This document shows positions 11,701 through 25,278 of a stretch of 64,000 bases of DNA, piece by piece. Below the pieces are notes generated by a model. It was not told where the DNA came from. It did no database searches and saw only the letters and a list, made by a program, of their open reading frames with translations. This DNA comes from Paecilomyces variotii (Eukaryota), in the NCBI GenBank assembly GCA_004022145.1, contig RCNU01000011.1; one strand, given 5' to 3'. A program made the translations under genes and the position numbers. The stretch's first letter is position 1. Each line of letters starts with the position of its first letter.

Positions 11701-14700
11701 ATTTAATAGCCCTTTACTAATTTCTCCTTAAACCTGGGGCTTATCTTAACTAGGGAGATATAATAAATATTTATCTTATTATTAATATTAGTAATAAAGA
11801 TATCTATATCTCTAATATCTTCTAATAAGGGGGTATATAGCTCTACTATAGCTAATAGTAAATATAATAATATATCTAGCACTATATTAATTTTACTAGG
11901 CTTATAGATAAGGTTTAAATTAAATTATTAAATATATTATATTATAAGGACTAAGTATAAGTTAGTCTACTTTATTAAACTAGATTTTAATATAATCTAC
12001 TTAGCTATTACTAGAATAATACTATAATCTATAAATATTATAATAGTTAACTTTAATATTTTAATAAGGTAGTATATCTTCCTAAGTATCTATATTAAAT
12101 ATATAACCTTTAGTTCTATTAGCTAATATTTTATTTCTGCAAAGTTTAGCTATTTTAATAAGAATAGAATTAGCTATATTTTTAACCTATTTAATATTGC
12201 CTTAGCTAATAGGCTAGCTATTAAGAGATAATATTTATCTACTAATATCTTATTATATAAGTAGTATATTATTATACTAAGACTATATTTTAATATATTT
12301 ACCCCGGAGCCGCCTATTATATTGAGATTAATATAGAATAGTTTATTTAGTAAAAAATAGGCTAAAAAGAATAAGTCCTAGAAATATTATTTAATTTTTT
12401 AGAATAATTATAGCTCTTATTTAATTAAAAGGTCTATTTAAGTATTAGTTATAAACTTTTAGTATAGTTTACTCTTAATAAGATTAGAGTATAGTAATAA
12501 TATCTTATGGTCTTATAAAGGACCTATAATAATTATATACCTTAAGATATATTAGTAGAATTATCCTGTAAGGGTAAGGAAATATTTAAAATTCTTTAAA
12601 ATAGCAAGGAAAGATAAGTTTATTATAGCCTTTATTTTTTCCTTTAGATTAGCTATATTAAAGGCATTAATCTAATAATTTAATAGCATTATTAAGGGAA
12701 ACCTAATAAAGGACTTTTTAAGATTTAGGGTAATATTAAGCTTCTATATTATAGAGAATAATATATATAGATATTATTTATAATTATTTAATATCTTTAA
12801 TGCTATAACTAGATTATCTATATAGATATAAATAAACTCCTAGAATTTCCGCAAGTAGTAATCTATAATTTATTAGATATAGGCAGATATATTATAAAAT
12901 CCTATTATAGCTATATTAAAAACCTCTTAGCCTTAATAGCTAATTACTATTAGTTATAATTAATAGGGTAGGAATACTCTCTATTAATAAAAAAAGGAGA
13001 TTATATTATAAATAGAGATAAATAGCTTTCTTACTATTATTACTAAGATTTTATCCTATAATAAAATAGGATAAATATTAGATTTTATCTCTTAGTTTAG
13101 TATGCAAATATCTACTATAATATATCCTTTTTATATTTATTAGCTATCCTTTTTTATTATTTTTTAGATAATAAAGACTAGGTATTTAGTAGGTATATAG
13201 CTATTAGCCTATTCTATATAACCTAAGTTATAAAGTTTATTAAATATATTATCTATAATCTTTTAGTCTATTAGTCTTAATAGGTAAACCTTAGATTAAT
13301 ATAAGAGCTGGGCTTTTTAATCTTTCTTTAATAATATTTATATCTATTAATTTTTTAGTATATTAGTAAAGCTATAGTTATCCTATATATTATATAATTT
13401 AATAATGTATTATAGCTAATTAGTAATATTCTTATCTCTATAAATAGTAATACCTTTTGCTATAATTTACTCTAGGCTTAGCTTATATACTATTTCTAGG
13501 GTCAGTCTGTTATATTCTTTTTATAGAGCCTTTATTAAGAGTATTATTATAGGGTTAATTATAAGAGTATTTATTCTATTTAATTTATTAAGTATATTTA
13601 ATTATATTTTTTATAGGATTACCTATAACTGCTTTAAGAAGTTAAATGCTTAAATAAATATTATTTTTATATTAACTATATAAGTAAATAGTGTAATATA
13701 ATTATAGTATAGGTTAAAGAGATAGTCTCTATTATTAACTAAATTGCCTTTTACTTTAACTAGCAGCTATATACTAGATTTTAATAGTATTATTACCCTT
13801 TAAGCTAAATAGATAAATTAGGGCATATAATACCCTAGCTTTATTATAATTTTTATTAGTATTATTACTCTTTAATAGATATTAATAATTATTATACTAA
13901 TACTTAAATTAAGTATAAATTTATATAGTATGAGAATATTATTGCTTATAAAGATATTTACTCTTAGCCTATTAACTAAATATACTTTTATTTTTAGTCT
14001 AGCCTTAATCTCTTAGCTATTAAAGATAGCAGGCAGGTTAATTAAAAGTTAGATAAACTAGATAAATAATATAGCTATACTACTAATACCCCTAACTATA
14101 ATTTCTAATATATCCTATATTAGTAGGTATAGGGCTTATTATTATAAGAACTATTTATTAATAATTATTATAGAGTAATTATTATTTAAATAGATAGTAG
14201 TATATTTTTAAGAGTTTACTATATATGCTAAAGCTTTAGTATAATATTATCCTTTAAAGGAGTATCTAGTGCCTATTTATAGCTGCGTTGGGGCTATAAA
14301 GTATATTATTTAAGGTATTTTATTTCTAGTTATTATAAATATCTGTAGTATTACTATCTCTTTATTATACTTAAATTATATGCTCTAAAAATATTAATAT
14401 AGTTTATTATTTAATTTAAACTTATATAAGTATATGTAATATTCTTAAGCAAGGGCTTTTAGCTAAATATAGTATATAAATTAATTATAGCTATTATCTC
14501 CTATATAGTCTATTATATCCTTTATGTATTTAATACCCTTATCTAGCTTATTATTAAATCTAGTGTCTTTGTATTTTATATAATATATGTCTTAGTAAAA
14601 CCTATCTATAAAAGAACTAGTTTAATTACTATTAATATCTATTAAATATTATAATATAAATAGCAGATCTCTTACTTCTAACTTATTATTAATATATATA

Positions 14701-16915
14701 TTATATACTTATTAGGGAATAGTATTACCTTAATTTAATTAGTCTTAATTTAGTATAAATAATTATTAAGCCCTATTATAGTTTTATAAGAATATTTATT
14801 AAGTAGTAATATTTTAATTTAGCTAGTTATAGTTTTATATAAATAATAATCTAAAAGATATAAAGAATCTACCTTCTTTACTTCCTCTATTAATAAATTA
14901 TCTTATCTAATCTTAAGGAATATTAGCTATAGGCCTTATGTTTAAGGATTATTGCTATAGCTATAGCCCTAGATTAAATTATTCTAGATTATTATAGCGA
15001 TATGCTTAGTATAATAATATCTATATATAGCCTTAATTGCTGTATTTATAATTGCTATATTAATTATATTATTCTAACTACTAATTATTCTTTAAATTAG
15101 CCTAGTCCTATTATATTATATAGGCTTTATTTACCGATTTTATAAACTATACTAATAATATATTCTTATTAGAATAGATAAGGTCTTTCTATATATATAG
15201 GGAAAACTTTATCTATACTAAATAAAGCTGTATATAAATTATATTAGGTCTTATTATCTTATGCAGCTAGATAATTATTTATATAAAATTTTATAATATA
15301 ATTCTATTTTATATATTAGCTATAGAGTATAATATTTTTTTTAATTTATATATTATAATACTTATATTAACTTTAAATTGCTTTAATAATAGTAGAATTT
15401 AAGCTTCCTTAATAAGATATATTTATAAACTATCTTATTTAAATTTAAAAAGCTTTATTATATACTATTATAATATTTATCTCTTAAAGGATATATAGAG
15501 CTATAGCTAAACTAACTTATTACTCTTAATTAAGATAAGGTCCTAAATATATTTAGTAAATAAATAAATATCTTTATAAAATATTTAGCTATTAATAATT
15601 ATTATCAGCCTTATTCTTATATATTTATAGTCCTTTAAATCTAGTTAAAAAAACCTAAGTTTTTCTTACTTTTAAAAGGCTAAGCTATTTAGGTATAATA
15701 ATAGTATTATTATAATATTACTAGCAGTATCTTAATTATAATTATAATTATTGCTTAAAGTAAAGTAGTTTCTATTAGATTATATATTATTCTATTATTT
15801 ACTAAGTTTATATAAAATATCTTAATTTTATTTTACTAGCTTAGTTATAGTCTTAGTTATTATTTTATTTAATATAGCTATTATTTTTATTATCTATATA
15901 AATAAAGTATTAATACTTATTAAATTAGAATTAATTTTTATTAATAGCCTTACCTTAATATTATTACTTATATCTTTACCTTTAACTAATAATAGTATAG
16001 TATTATATATAGGTCTTTTACCTTCTATATTGTTTATTTCTCTGTCCTATTATTAGTTAACTATAGTATTATCTTTATCTTATTTAGCTCCTGTGCTAAG
16101 CAGTAGTTATTTTATATTAAAGATTAAAGAATAGAAATTAGTTCCTAAATATAATAGCTTATTAAACTATATTTATAAAAAGTTTAAGGAGATATTAGAG
16201 ATATCTGTAAAATATTTAAGTATATAATATTCTTAATCTAAGAATACTAGAGTATTTCTTTAAGGGTTAGAGAAGGCTCTTATTTATATTATATATAATA
16301 ATAATATTTTAAAATAGCTGTAGCCTAATAGATTAGTTAGTTCTTATATTATTTCCTCTTTTAATAATACTCTTTACTCTTACTACTAGGATAAAAAGGT
16401 AAAGTTATTAATTAATACTTTTATTGCCCTGTAAAAGCTATTTATAGCTTAATTTAAAATATTTTAGTTAATTACCTAGTCTGCAGGAAATAAAAAATTT
16501 CCTATCTATAAAGTAATATTATCCCTAAATATAACTAAGTTAACTATAAGATAAGCTAATATTAAACTTCCTTTTAGTATTAAATAAAATAAAATAATAA
16601 AATTAATTAAGAATAAGATAATTTAGGGGAGTTAATTTCTATAATTTAACTAGCTTACCTAGAAAGCTATAAGCTAAAAAACAATTAATATAATTTAAAA
16701 AGGGATTATAAGTAAGTATTAGGAGGGAGAGTTTAGATTATTAGAAGATATAGGCATATAATATTATAAGAATACTAATATTATCTTTATTAATATACAG
16801 CAGATTCTTCTATAAGATAATAGGATTAATTAACTAAAGTCTAATAATCCTAAGGTCCTAAAGCTTAAGATAGAGATAGTAGAGATACTCTAATTAATTA
16901 AGATATACTATTATT

Positions 16916-17064
16916 TATAACTAGGTAAAGCTATAAAAATATAGAAAATAAGAAAGTTAATTACTCTACTAGAGGGATACTGCTTATTAAGTGCTGCTAA
17001 GGCGGTTTAATAGGCGGTTTAATACTGCTATAGCCGCAGCTATAGCAGAGCTATATCTGTAACA
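16916..17064 (-). repeat. Family B LTR (5')
   Basis: Direct repeat of 8614-8762; ends TGTAACA followed by TSD GTTTT. Confidence 0.9.
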
Positions 17065-20000
17065 GTTTTAATAGAGATATATAGAATATTAGATATATTT
17101 TATTTAAGCTCTTTAGTAGTTATAATTAATATACTTATTTTCTAATTATCTTTATTATTTTATAGGGTCTAGAAAATTAATAATTTAACTTTTTATTTAA
17201 TTAATTAGTTTATAAATTCTTTATTAATAGAAGAACTTAATCCCCTATTTTATATAATTTAAGTATATGTTTCTTATTATAGTACTTTACTTATATCTTA
17301 ATAGTATATTATAAATATTTCTCTAACTTTACCCTAATATTTAATAATTTTTTAAGTTATTCTTTAATAGTAGAAATATTCGACCTTATTCTTATATTAT
17401 ATTTATCTTAACTATTAGGATTAAAGCTATAAAGGGCTTTAAATAGTAAGTATTTAATAGTAAAATATTTTATATTATTATAAGTATACTTTGCTGCACT
17501 TAATAATAATGCCTAATTATCTTAATAATAATTTATATATACTCTTAAGTAATACTCTAAGGTTTAATTCTAATACTTTATTTGTCTATCTATCTATAAA
17601 TAAAAAGCAGTGCTTATTAATCAGGTAATTTATATATACTAATAAAGCTTAGTCTAATATTTACTAGTAAACACTAATCTTTAATTAGAAATAATTAATT
17701 TTAGGGGATTAAAATAGTAATATATCCTTTCTATTATTAGGTTAGCTAGGTCTTTTACTATAATTATTTCTTAGGTTAAGATATATAGAGCTATCTTAAA
17801 GTATTAGTCTATAACTACTAGAATTATATTATATTTAACTCCCTATTAAATTAATAATAGCAGGCTAATAATAAAATTTATTAATATATTCTACTAGGGT
17901 CTTTTTACTATAAATAATAAGCTTAACTATTTATATAGCTTATATCTAAGAACTTTATTCCTTTTATAGATATTATAAGTCTTTATATATTCTTATATAT
18001 TATTCTATATACCCGGCTAATAGAACTTTTATTTAAGTAATTTTTTTATAGTTCTAATTCTTTAATAATTAGTATATAGATTATTATAATAAATTTATAA
18101 TAATTCTTATTTTAATAAATATTTATTTAAGATATAAATTTAATCCTATCTCTATAGCAAATCTTTATTATTTATAATTTATTTAAAGCTTCTAGAGTAA
18201 TTAATCTCCTAATTACTAATCTTTTTTAATATAAAGATATCTCTCTACTAAAGCTGTCTAAATAATTTTAAAAGATTAAGCTTTAGAGAATCTTAGATTA
18301 TTTCCCTATTAATAATCTTTAATACTAATAGTTTTAGCAGTAAGTATTTATAACTATTTATACTATCTTCTTTATTTAAAATATATAATTTTAGTTTTTT
18401 TTATAGGGTAAATAATAATCTAATTTTCTATTTCTCTTTTAAGAGTTTATAATTTAATCTCTAAGATAATATATTAACTATATTTAAATAACCCAGCTTA
18501 TATTTAATATAAAAGTTATAATCTATTAATAACTTTGCCTATTTTATCTATTTATTATTTAAAGTCTTTATTATAAAAAAATAGCATAAGTTTATATAAT
18601 TAGTTTATACCTAAATAGGGTATTTACTGCTATTTAAATAGTATCTTTAATATTTAAAAGCTTTAATTATTGCTAATAATTCTTAGTTATATATTTTATA
18701 TTAATATTTAATTTTAATAAATTTCTTTAAGAAGTATGCAACTAGGTATTATTACTTTATTACCTTACTTATAAGCTATAATAAAATAGTAGCTAAAGTA
18801 AATCCTAAGATATTTATAGCTATTATAATTAGCTTTTCTAGATTATAATACTATAATACTAGCAGTTTAATAAATATAGTTTTTAAATCTTTAAATATTT
18901 TTTATACTTTAAGTATTTATTCTAATAGGCCTATCTTTTTATTATTTTTATTATTTTTAAATAAGTCTATTAATAGTGTTATAATAAAGAAATAATTATA
19001 AATAAATCTCTTAAAAAAACTTATAAATCTTAAAAAAATCTAAATATTATAAAAGGTCTTTAATATAGGCTAATTATAAATTATTTTAATTTTAGAGAAA
19101 TTTATCTTAATCCTATTATATCCTATAATAAATTTAAAAAAAAACTTTCTCTTTATAAAATTTATATTTACTTAGCTTTATATATAAATTATATTTATAA
19201 AATCTTTTTAGCATTTTAGAGATATACTATTTATATTCTTTCTTATCTATTAAGAAAATTAAGATATTATTTAAATATATAATATAGCAGATATTTAATA
19301 GGCCCCTTAGCACTATATTAATATAGGCTTAAAATATAGCTAAAGTATTATATAATCTAAATAGTATAATAAGATATTTAAAATAGCTATATTTAATTCT
19401 AAATATTATCTTTTATTTATCTCCCCTTTATATATAGATTTTATAATAGGCTTCTTAGAGATTAAGTTTTAAAAAAATTCTTGTATTTATTAATTAATCT
19501 AGTATCTTATCTATCTATAGTAATAAATAGTAATTCTTAATTATTTAGGCATTTAGTCCTTAATAATTAATATATAAGCATAATTTATTATCTTTCTTAG
19601 GGATAAAAATAATTAGTAATTTAGCTAAGCTAGTTAAAGCCTAGATTTAACCTTATTATTATATATCTTTTAAATATTTTTATAATACATTTAGTTCTCT
19701 AGCAGAATATAAGTATAGAGGCCCTTATAGCAGTAACTTATTATTAATTAAATTAATTATATAGGTCTTAATATTTTCTAATAAGAGTAATATTTTAGCT
19801 CTCTTTTTTAAAAAGATATTTTAAAATTATATATAATATAAAGGAAGTTAAATTTCTTTTATATCTATTTTAATATATTTCCCTTATATATAATAGATTA
19901 GTTAATTCTATACTATCTCTATAAATATTTATAGGGTTTAAATCTTAACCTAAGATAAAGCCTTCTATTAATATCTCTAAGTTAAATATCTCTAATCTAT

Positions 20001-21607
20001 AATAAGATTATTATAATATAACTATAATAATCTTAAGATTATATTTTAATTCTTCCTAATTATATTAAGTTCCTATATAGAAATAATCTAGAAGTTAATC
20101 TTATAATATTCTATTTTCTTCTCTAAGTCTTTTATCTTAATAATAATAGGGAAATAGCTATAAATTAGTATTATTTAATCTCCTATCTATAAGGTATAAC
20201 CTACTAGCTTTTATAAAAACCCCTTATATCTATAATATAATAAAAAGTTATAGTTAATAAAGTTAGTATATACTTAAGAATTAAGAAGTATATTTATTTT
20301 TATAATATAATCCTTAATTAATATACTTACTAAAGTTATAAACTCTAGCTCTACGCCTTTAAGGCACTAAAGTATATTTAGCCTAATACCTTTATCTTTA
20401 GGGGGTTTAGAGTTCTTCCCTATCTTATTAAAATATTATTTATTAATATATTTATTTTTCTTATAATTAAAATATTGCCCTTCTTTTATTAACTATTCTT
20501 ATTTCTCTAAAAATTTAAACCTCCTTATTTTATATTCTAAATAAGTCTTTATAGAGATTAATTAAAATAATTTATCCTTTTATTTATCCTGTATATATAG
20601 GTAAAATTAGTCTTTTTCCCTTATATAAGGTTAAGATTATTCCTTCTTCTTAAAGTCTTTTAATTAAGATTTAATAGAGTTTTTAAGACTTTATTTAATA
20701 ATTATAGCCTTAAAAGCTAATTAGTTTAAATTAGTTAGAATATATATGTACTTAAATAACTAATTCTATATATCTTCTTATAGTATAAAGAAGAAAGTTT
20801 AGCTTTAGATATTATTCTCTAGGGCTAATTTAGCTTTATAAAGCTTAAATTTATTATAAAATTCCTAAGTAATTTATCTTAGCTATTATTTTAGCCCCTA
20901 GAATTATATAATAGCTATTTAGGGTTAATATTATAGATTCTTAAGATAATTTAATAGCTATTATTAAAATCTCTACTATAAAGTTATAATTAAAGTAAGA
21001 AGTTTATAACTTTAAGCTATTCTATAATTATTTAAAAGCAATATAATAGTATAGTTTATCTTACTAGCTTCAGTTTAAAATATTAATATATTATAGGTAA
21101 AATATTAATCTATATAGCAGTACTAATAATAATAAATATTTAAATCTTTAACTTAATATTAATAAGGTTTAGGCAGTTTAATAATAAACTTAGATTTAAG
21201 AGCTATATTTATTTATTTTATTAGTTCTATAACTATAGCTATACTTATCTTTTCTAATAATCTCTAAGTTATATCTTATAGAGCTCTTATTACTATACTA
21301 TTAACTTAATGCTAAGAATTTAATAAGATAATAGGTTTAGTATTAATAGTATTTAATTCTTATTAAATCTTAAAGTCTATAATACTTCTTAAATTTATTA
21401 GATTTTTTAAGTCTATAATAATTATTAGTTTAGGCTAATTAAGACTAATATTACTTACTAATCTTAATTGCTTAAGATTAATAATATTTGCTAATTTAAG
21501 TTAAGCGCTAGGCTCTAAGCTATATTTAGATTCTTTATACTAATCTCTAATACTATTTCCTAATATCTCTTCTCTTCTTAATATACTATTAATTAAGCAA
21601 TTTAAAC

Positions 21608-21978
21608 TATAAAGAGCTAGGGTAAGGAAGCTTTTTATTAAAGATAACTAGTTAGACTAGTTAAATAGAATATAAGATAAGAGATAGAAATATAGGCAAA
21701 TAGCTATTTATATATAATAGAGTTAAGAGTTAAGTTTAGTAATAATTAGAATAAATTATTAATTTATCTAACTTCTATTTTTTTAGAGGTTATTTATTTA
21801 TTTATCTATTCTATTAGATTATCTAAATAATTTAGTTTTAATAGCTCTATTTATAACTAGCTAATCTAACTATTATATATAAATCTAGTTATCTTATTAT
21901 CTTTTATTATTTATCTTAGATTATTTATTCTAGGTCTTAGTAGGTCTAGATTAAGTATTATAGCTCTAGTTTGTAATA
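21608..21978 (-). repeat. Family A LTR (5' LTR of A-)
   Basis: Direct repeat of 6088-6458; ends TTGTAATA followed by ATTAA. Confidence 0.9.
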
Positions 21979-24524
21979 ATTAAATACTTACTATTTAAGG
22001 CCTTTTATAGCTTTAATTCTAATAGCTAGGATAAATATAATATAAGAATAAGGTTAAATATTCCCGCTATTAAGGAATAACTTAAAGAATTATTAAATAT
22101 TAAGGTAAAGTTAGAAAAATACTTATAATATATTATTAAGGTATAAGCGAAGTATTATAATAAGAAATATATATTTAAATTATATAAAATAAGGGATTAA
22201 ATTTTTTTATTAATAAAGAATCTATAAACTAATTAATTAAATAAAAAGTTAGACTATTAATTTTCTAGACCTTATAAAGTAATAGAGATAATTAAAAAGT
22301 AAGTATATTAATTATAACTACTAAAAAGCTTAAGTAGAATATATCTAATATTTTATATATCTCTATTAAAACTTTATAATTAATAAAAAGAGATAAAACT
22401 TAAATAGCTAAATTTAGTTCTTATTAATAAAGAATAGAAATAAAAAATAAAAGAAATTTTTAATAAATAAACTTTTTATAAAAAGAAATAATTTTTAATA
22501 AAATAAAAAAAATATCTTTTATATAAAAACTTATAGCAGATATTAAAAAATCTTATATATATAATTAAAGCTTTAGAGGAGTATTATAATAAGAATCTTA
22601 ATAAGGCTCTTAATATAGATAAGCTGCCTAAATAAAGGTAATATAAAGGAAAGCTAAAAATTAGAAAGTAAAATAAAATAAATAGGTAATAATACTTTTT
22701 CTTTTATTAGGTTTTTTAACTATTATTAAATATATTACTATATATATATTACTTTTTCTTTAATTTTTTTATAGGGTTTAAGAGTTTTAAAAAAAATATA
22801 AAAAAAAGAAATCTTAATAAGAATAATTTAATTTAATTAGGCTAGCCTTAGCTAATAATCTAAATATAAGCTTATAAAATTATTTTATTTAGCTATTTTA
22901 TTATTATAAAATCCCTTAATAATATCTTCCTTCTCCTTATTAAAGAATAGAGGCAGTTTTTATAATTAGATAAATATATTTACTATATATAAGATATTAT
23001 AATTTAATAAATAGATTATTTAATATAACTCTTAAAAAAGATATAATAACTCTAATTTAAAATATAATAAAGTTAGTAAAATAATAGTAGTATTAAGCTA
23101 GTATTTAATAGTCTTAAATATAGATTTTTATATATATACTTCTATAAAAAAAATATATATATTTATAGCCTTATTAAAAGACTCTAAATTATTTAAGAGA
23201 TAAGCCTTTTAGCTAAGACTTTAAATATAAATTAATTTAGCCTTATATACTAGCAGTATAAAAATTTATAGCTTATAAAGGCTCTTATAATAGAAATACT
23301 TTATATTAATATAAGAATAGATATATTATTATTTTAGATTTTATATTAAAGCTTTTAAATAATAAAGATATATCTCTTATAAGATAGGAGAAAAATCTTT
23401 AATTAAACTCTCTAGGCTAAAAGAATCTATAATAAAGTCTGCCTTAAAGATAATAGAATAATTTATTATTATATTAATATTAGTAATAATAGTTAATATT
23501 ATTATTTTAGTAAAAATTAAATTAATTTAAGGAGGAAGTATTTTAATAATAACCTTAATTCTAGGAATAAGAATTATAATAATATCTTAAATTCTCTAAG
23601 TCTCTATATTAGGAACCTTTTTTATTTTTAATTTTTTTTATAATTTTTTAATTAATTAAGCAGGAATTTTCTTTGCTATAGGTATAATAAGAATAATATT
23701 ATTATAATTATATTTTAACCTTTAAAGAGAATATAATAAACTAGCCTATATCTTTTTATATATAAGAAGAATTATATTATTAAATATAAACTAATCCCTA
23801 TATATTTTAGGTAAGAGATACTTCTTTATTAAGAGGTCCTTTATAGATAATTTTAGTAGAGATACTCTATTACTATTATTAATAGTAATAAATAAAATAA
23901 TTTATAAAAAAAGAGTTATTAGTTTTAATATTATATTAGTAGTTAAAGATATAGAAGAGGGAGATAACTTATTAAGCTATTTATTATTTATATTAAGCTA
24001 GTAACTAAATAAATAATCTTTAGTTAGTAATTATAATAGCTTAAGGCTAGCTATAGAGGCCTTATTAAGAGAGCTTAAAATAAATAAAATATACTTAAAG
24101 CGCTTAAGAGGTATTATTATATTAATTAGCACTATTATATAAATTTAAAGGGTTATAATTTATATTAAGTATATATATAGGATTTATAAAAAAAATAACT
24201 TAAAAATCTTATTTTTAATATATCTATATAACTATTAGCTATTTCTATATTTAAATTATTAAAAGCAGTACTAAATAAGCTGCAGAAATAAGAAAAGGAT
24301 AGCTTAATATATAGATAGAAAAATAGGAATTAGTTAATAAAAAATAGAAATACTCCTAATCTTTTAGATAAAAATATTAAAATAAAGCTAATATTAAATA
24401 AATTTATATAATAAGTATGCCTTAATAGCAATTTATTACTATTATTATAGCTATACCTAAATATTTAGACCTATATAATAAACTTTATATAGCTTAGGAT
24501 AAGCTTTTTAATAGAGGGAGATAT

Positions 24525-24895
24525 TATTATAAATTAGAGTTATAATACTTAATCTAGATCTGCTAAGACCTAGAATAAATAACTTAGAATAGATAATAAA
24601 AGATAATAAGATAATTAGATTTATATATAATAGTTAGATTAGCTAGTTATAAATAGAGCTATTAAGACTAAATTATCTAAATAACCTAATAGAATAGATA
24701 GATAAATAAATAACCTTTAAAGAAATAAAAGTTAGATAGATTAGTAATTTATTTTAATTACTACTAAATTTAACTTTTAATTTTATTATATATAGACAGC
24801 TACTTGCCTATATCTCTATCTCTTATCTTATATTCTGTTTAACTAGTCTGACTAGTCACCTCCGATAAAGAGCTTTCTCACCCCAGCTCTTTACA
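24525..24895 (+). repeat. Family A LTR (3' LTR of A+)
   Basis: Inverted relative to the other two A LTRs; 371 bp; the last ~70 bp are almost unmutated (...CCCCAGCTCTTTACA). Confidence 0.9.
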
Positions 24896-25278
24896 GTTAA
24901 TCGATCGGTATCTGAGTGTTGTTCTTGTTGTTCTTGTTGGCTAAGATTCAATATGGACAAACAAGGTCAGCGTCGCAATGACATCATGAGAAGTCCGACA
25001 TCCCGCAGCAACCAACGAGAATTGGGCGATTTCTCCTCCTGACATATTGGGAAAACCGCGGATGGGCTTCCGAGGAATTTATTTTCTTATAAATAAAGAG
25101 CGAGAGGAATCAAATTTGACTTGTTACTTACTGTACTTGTCAATCTTGGTCGTGTTCAATTCGTTAGGGCTAAGCTGTTGCTGTTGCTGTTCCATTCATA
25201 GCCTTCATTATACAAAAAGAACTTCGACCTCAAAGCCACACGGATCGCCAGGACAAACAAACATTGAAGTTCCAAACC

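Larger units (their letters stand above)
8614..17064 (-). mobile_element. Ty3/gypsy family B, full-length (8451 bp), chromodomain-bearing, RIP-mutated, nested in A-
   Basis: 149-bp LTRs at 8614-8762 and 16916-17064 (T[G/A]TAACTAGG...TGTAACA), perfect TSD GTTTT (8609-8613 and 17065-17069), PPT as a C-run at ~8768-8776. Minus strand reads RT 'ISY*G*EVFNIAIIGFYNISAYI**IID..IYIDNLVIA' (YIDD relic 12813-12824) and chromodomain 'EYLV**KG' (10374-10397). Confidence 0.92.
6088..21978 (-). mobile_element. Ty3/gypsy chromovirus family A, full-length inner copy (A-; ~7.4 kb excluding nested B), RIP-mutated
   Basis: Direct-repeat 371-bp LTRs at 6088-6458 and 21608-21978, flanked by ATTAG (6083-6087) and ATTAA (21979-21983), a 5-bp TSD with one G>A change. 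The body is the reverse complement of A+ (e.g. 19321-19370 vs 4171-4220). RT YLDD relic at 19266-19277; PPT next to 6458. Confidence 0.92.
4156..24895 (+). mobile_element. Ty3/gypsy chromovirus family A, outer copy (A+): 5'-truncated, RIP-mutated, interrupted at 6088-21978
   Basis: 4156-4284 translates [42 protein letters not shown] (gypsy RT; YLDD mutated to YLDN at 4264-4275). Integrase 'AEY(A)YNN..(HS)TT' breaks at 6087 and resumes at ~21984. Degenerate GPY/F and chromodomain at ~22270-22590, purine tract AGAGGGAG before 24525, and 3' LTR 24525-24895 ending ...CTCTTTACA. Confidence 0.92.

Noticed and set aside
4300-24800. AT-rich block as mitochondrial insertion (NUMT), centromere core or contamination
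   Set aside because: Fully explained by RIP-mutated gypsy elements with LTRs, TSDs and RT motifs. Gene-dense flanks give no positive evidence for a centromere, though only CENP-A data could exclude it.
6088-24895. Inverted LTR copies at 6088 and 24895 read as terminal inverted repeats of a giant DNA transposon or Starship
   Set aside because: They are LTRs of two opposed copies of one retrotransposon; no transposase or tyrosine-recombinase captain gene is visible.
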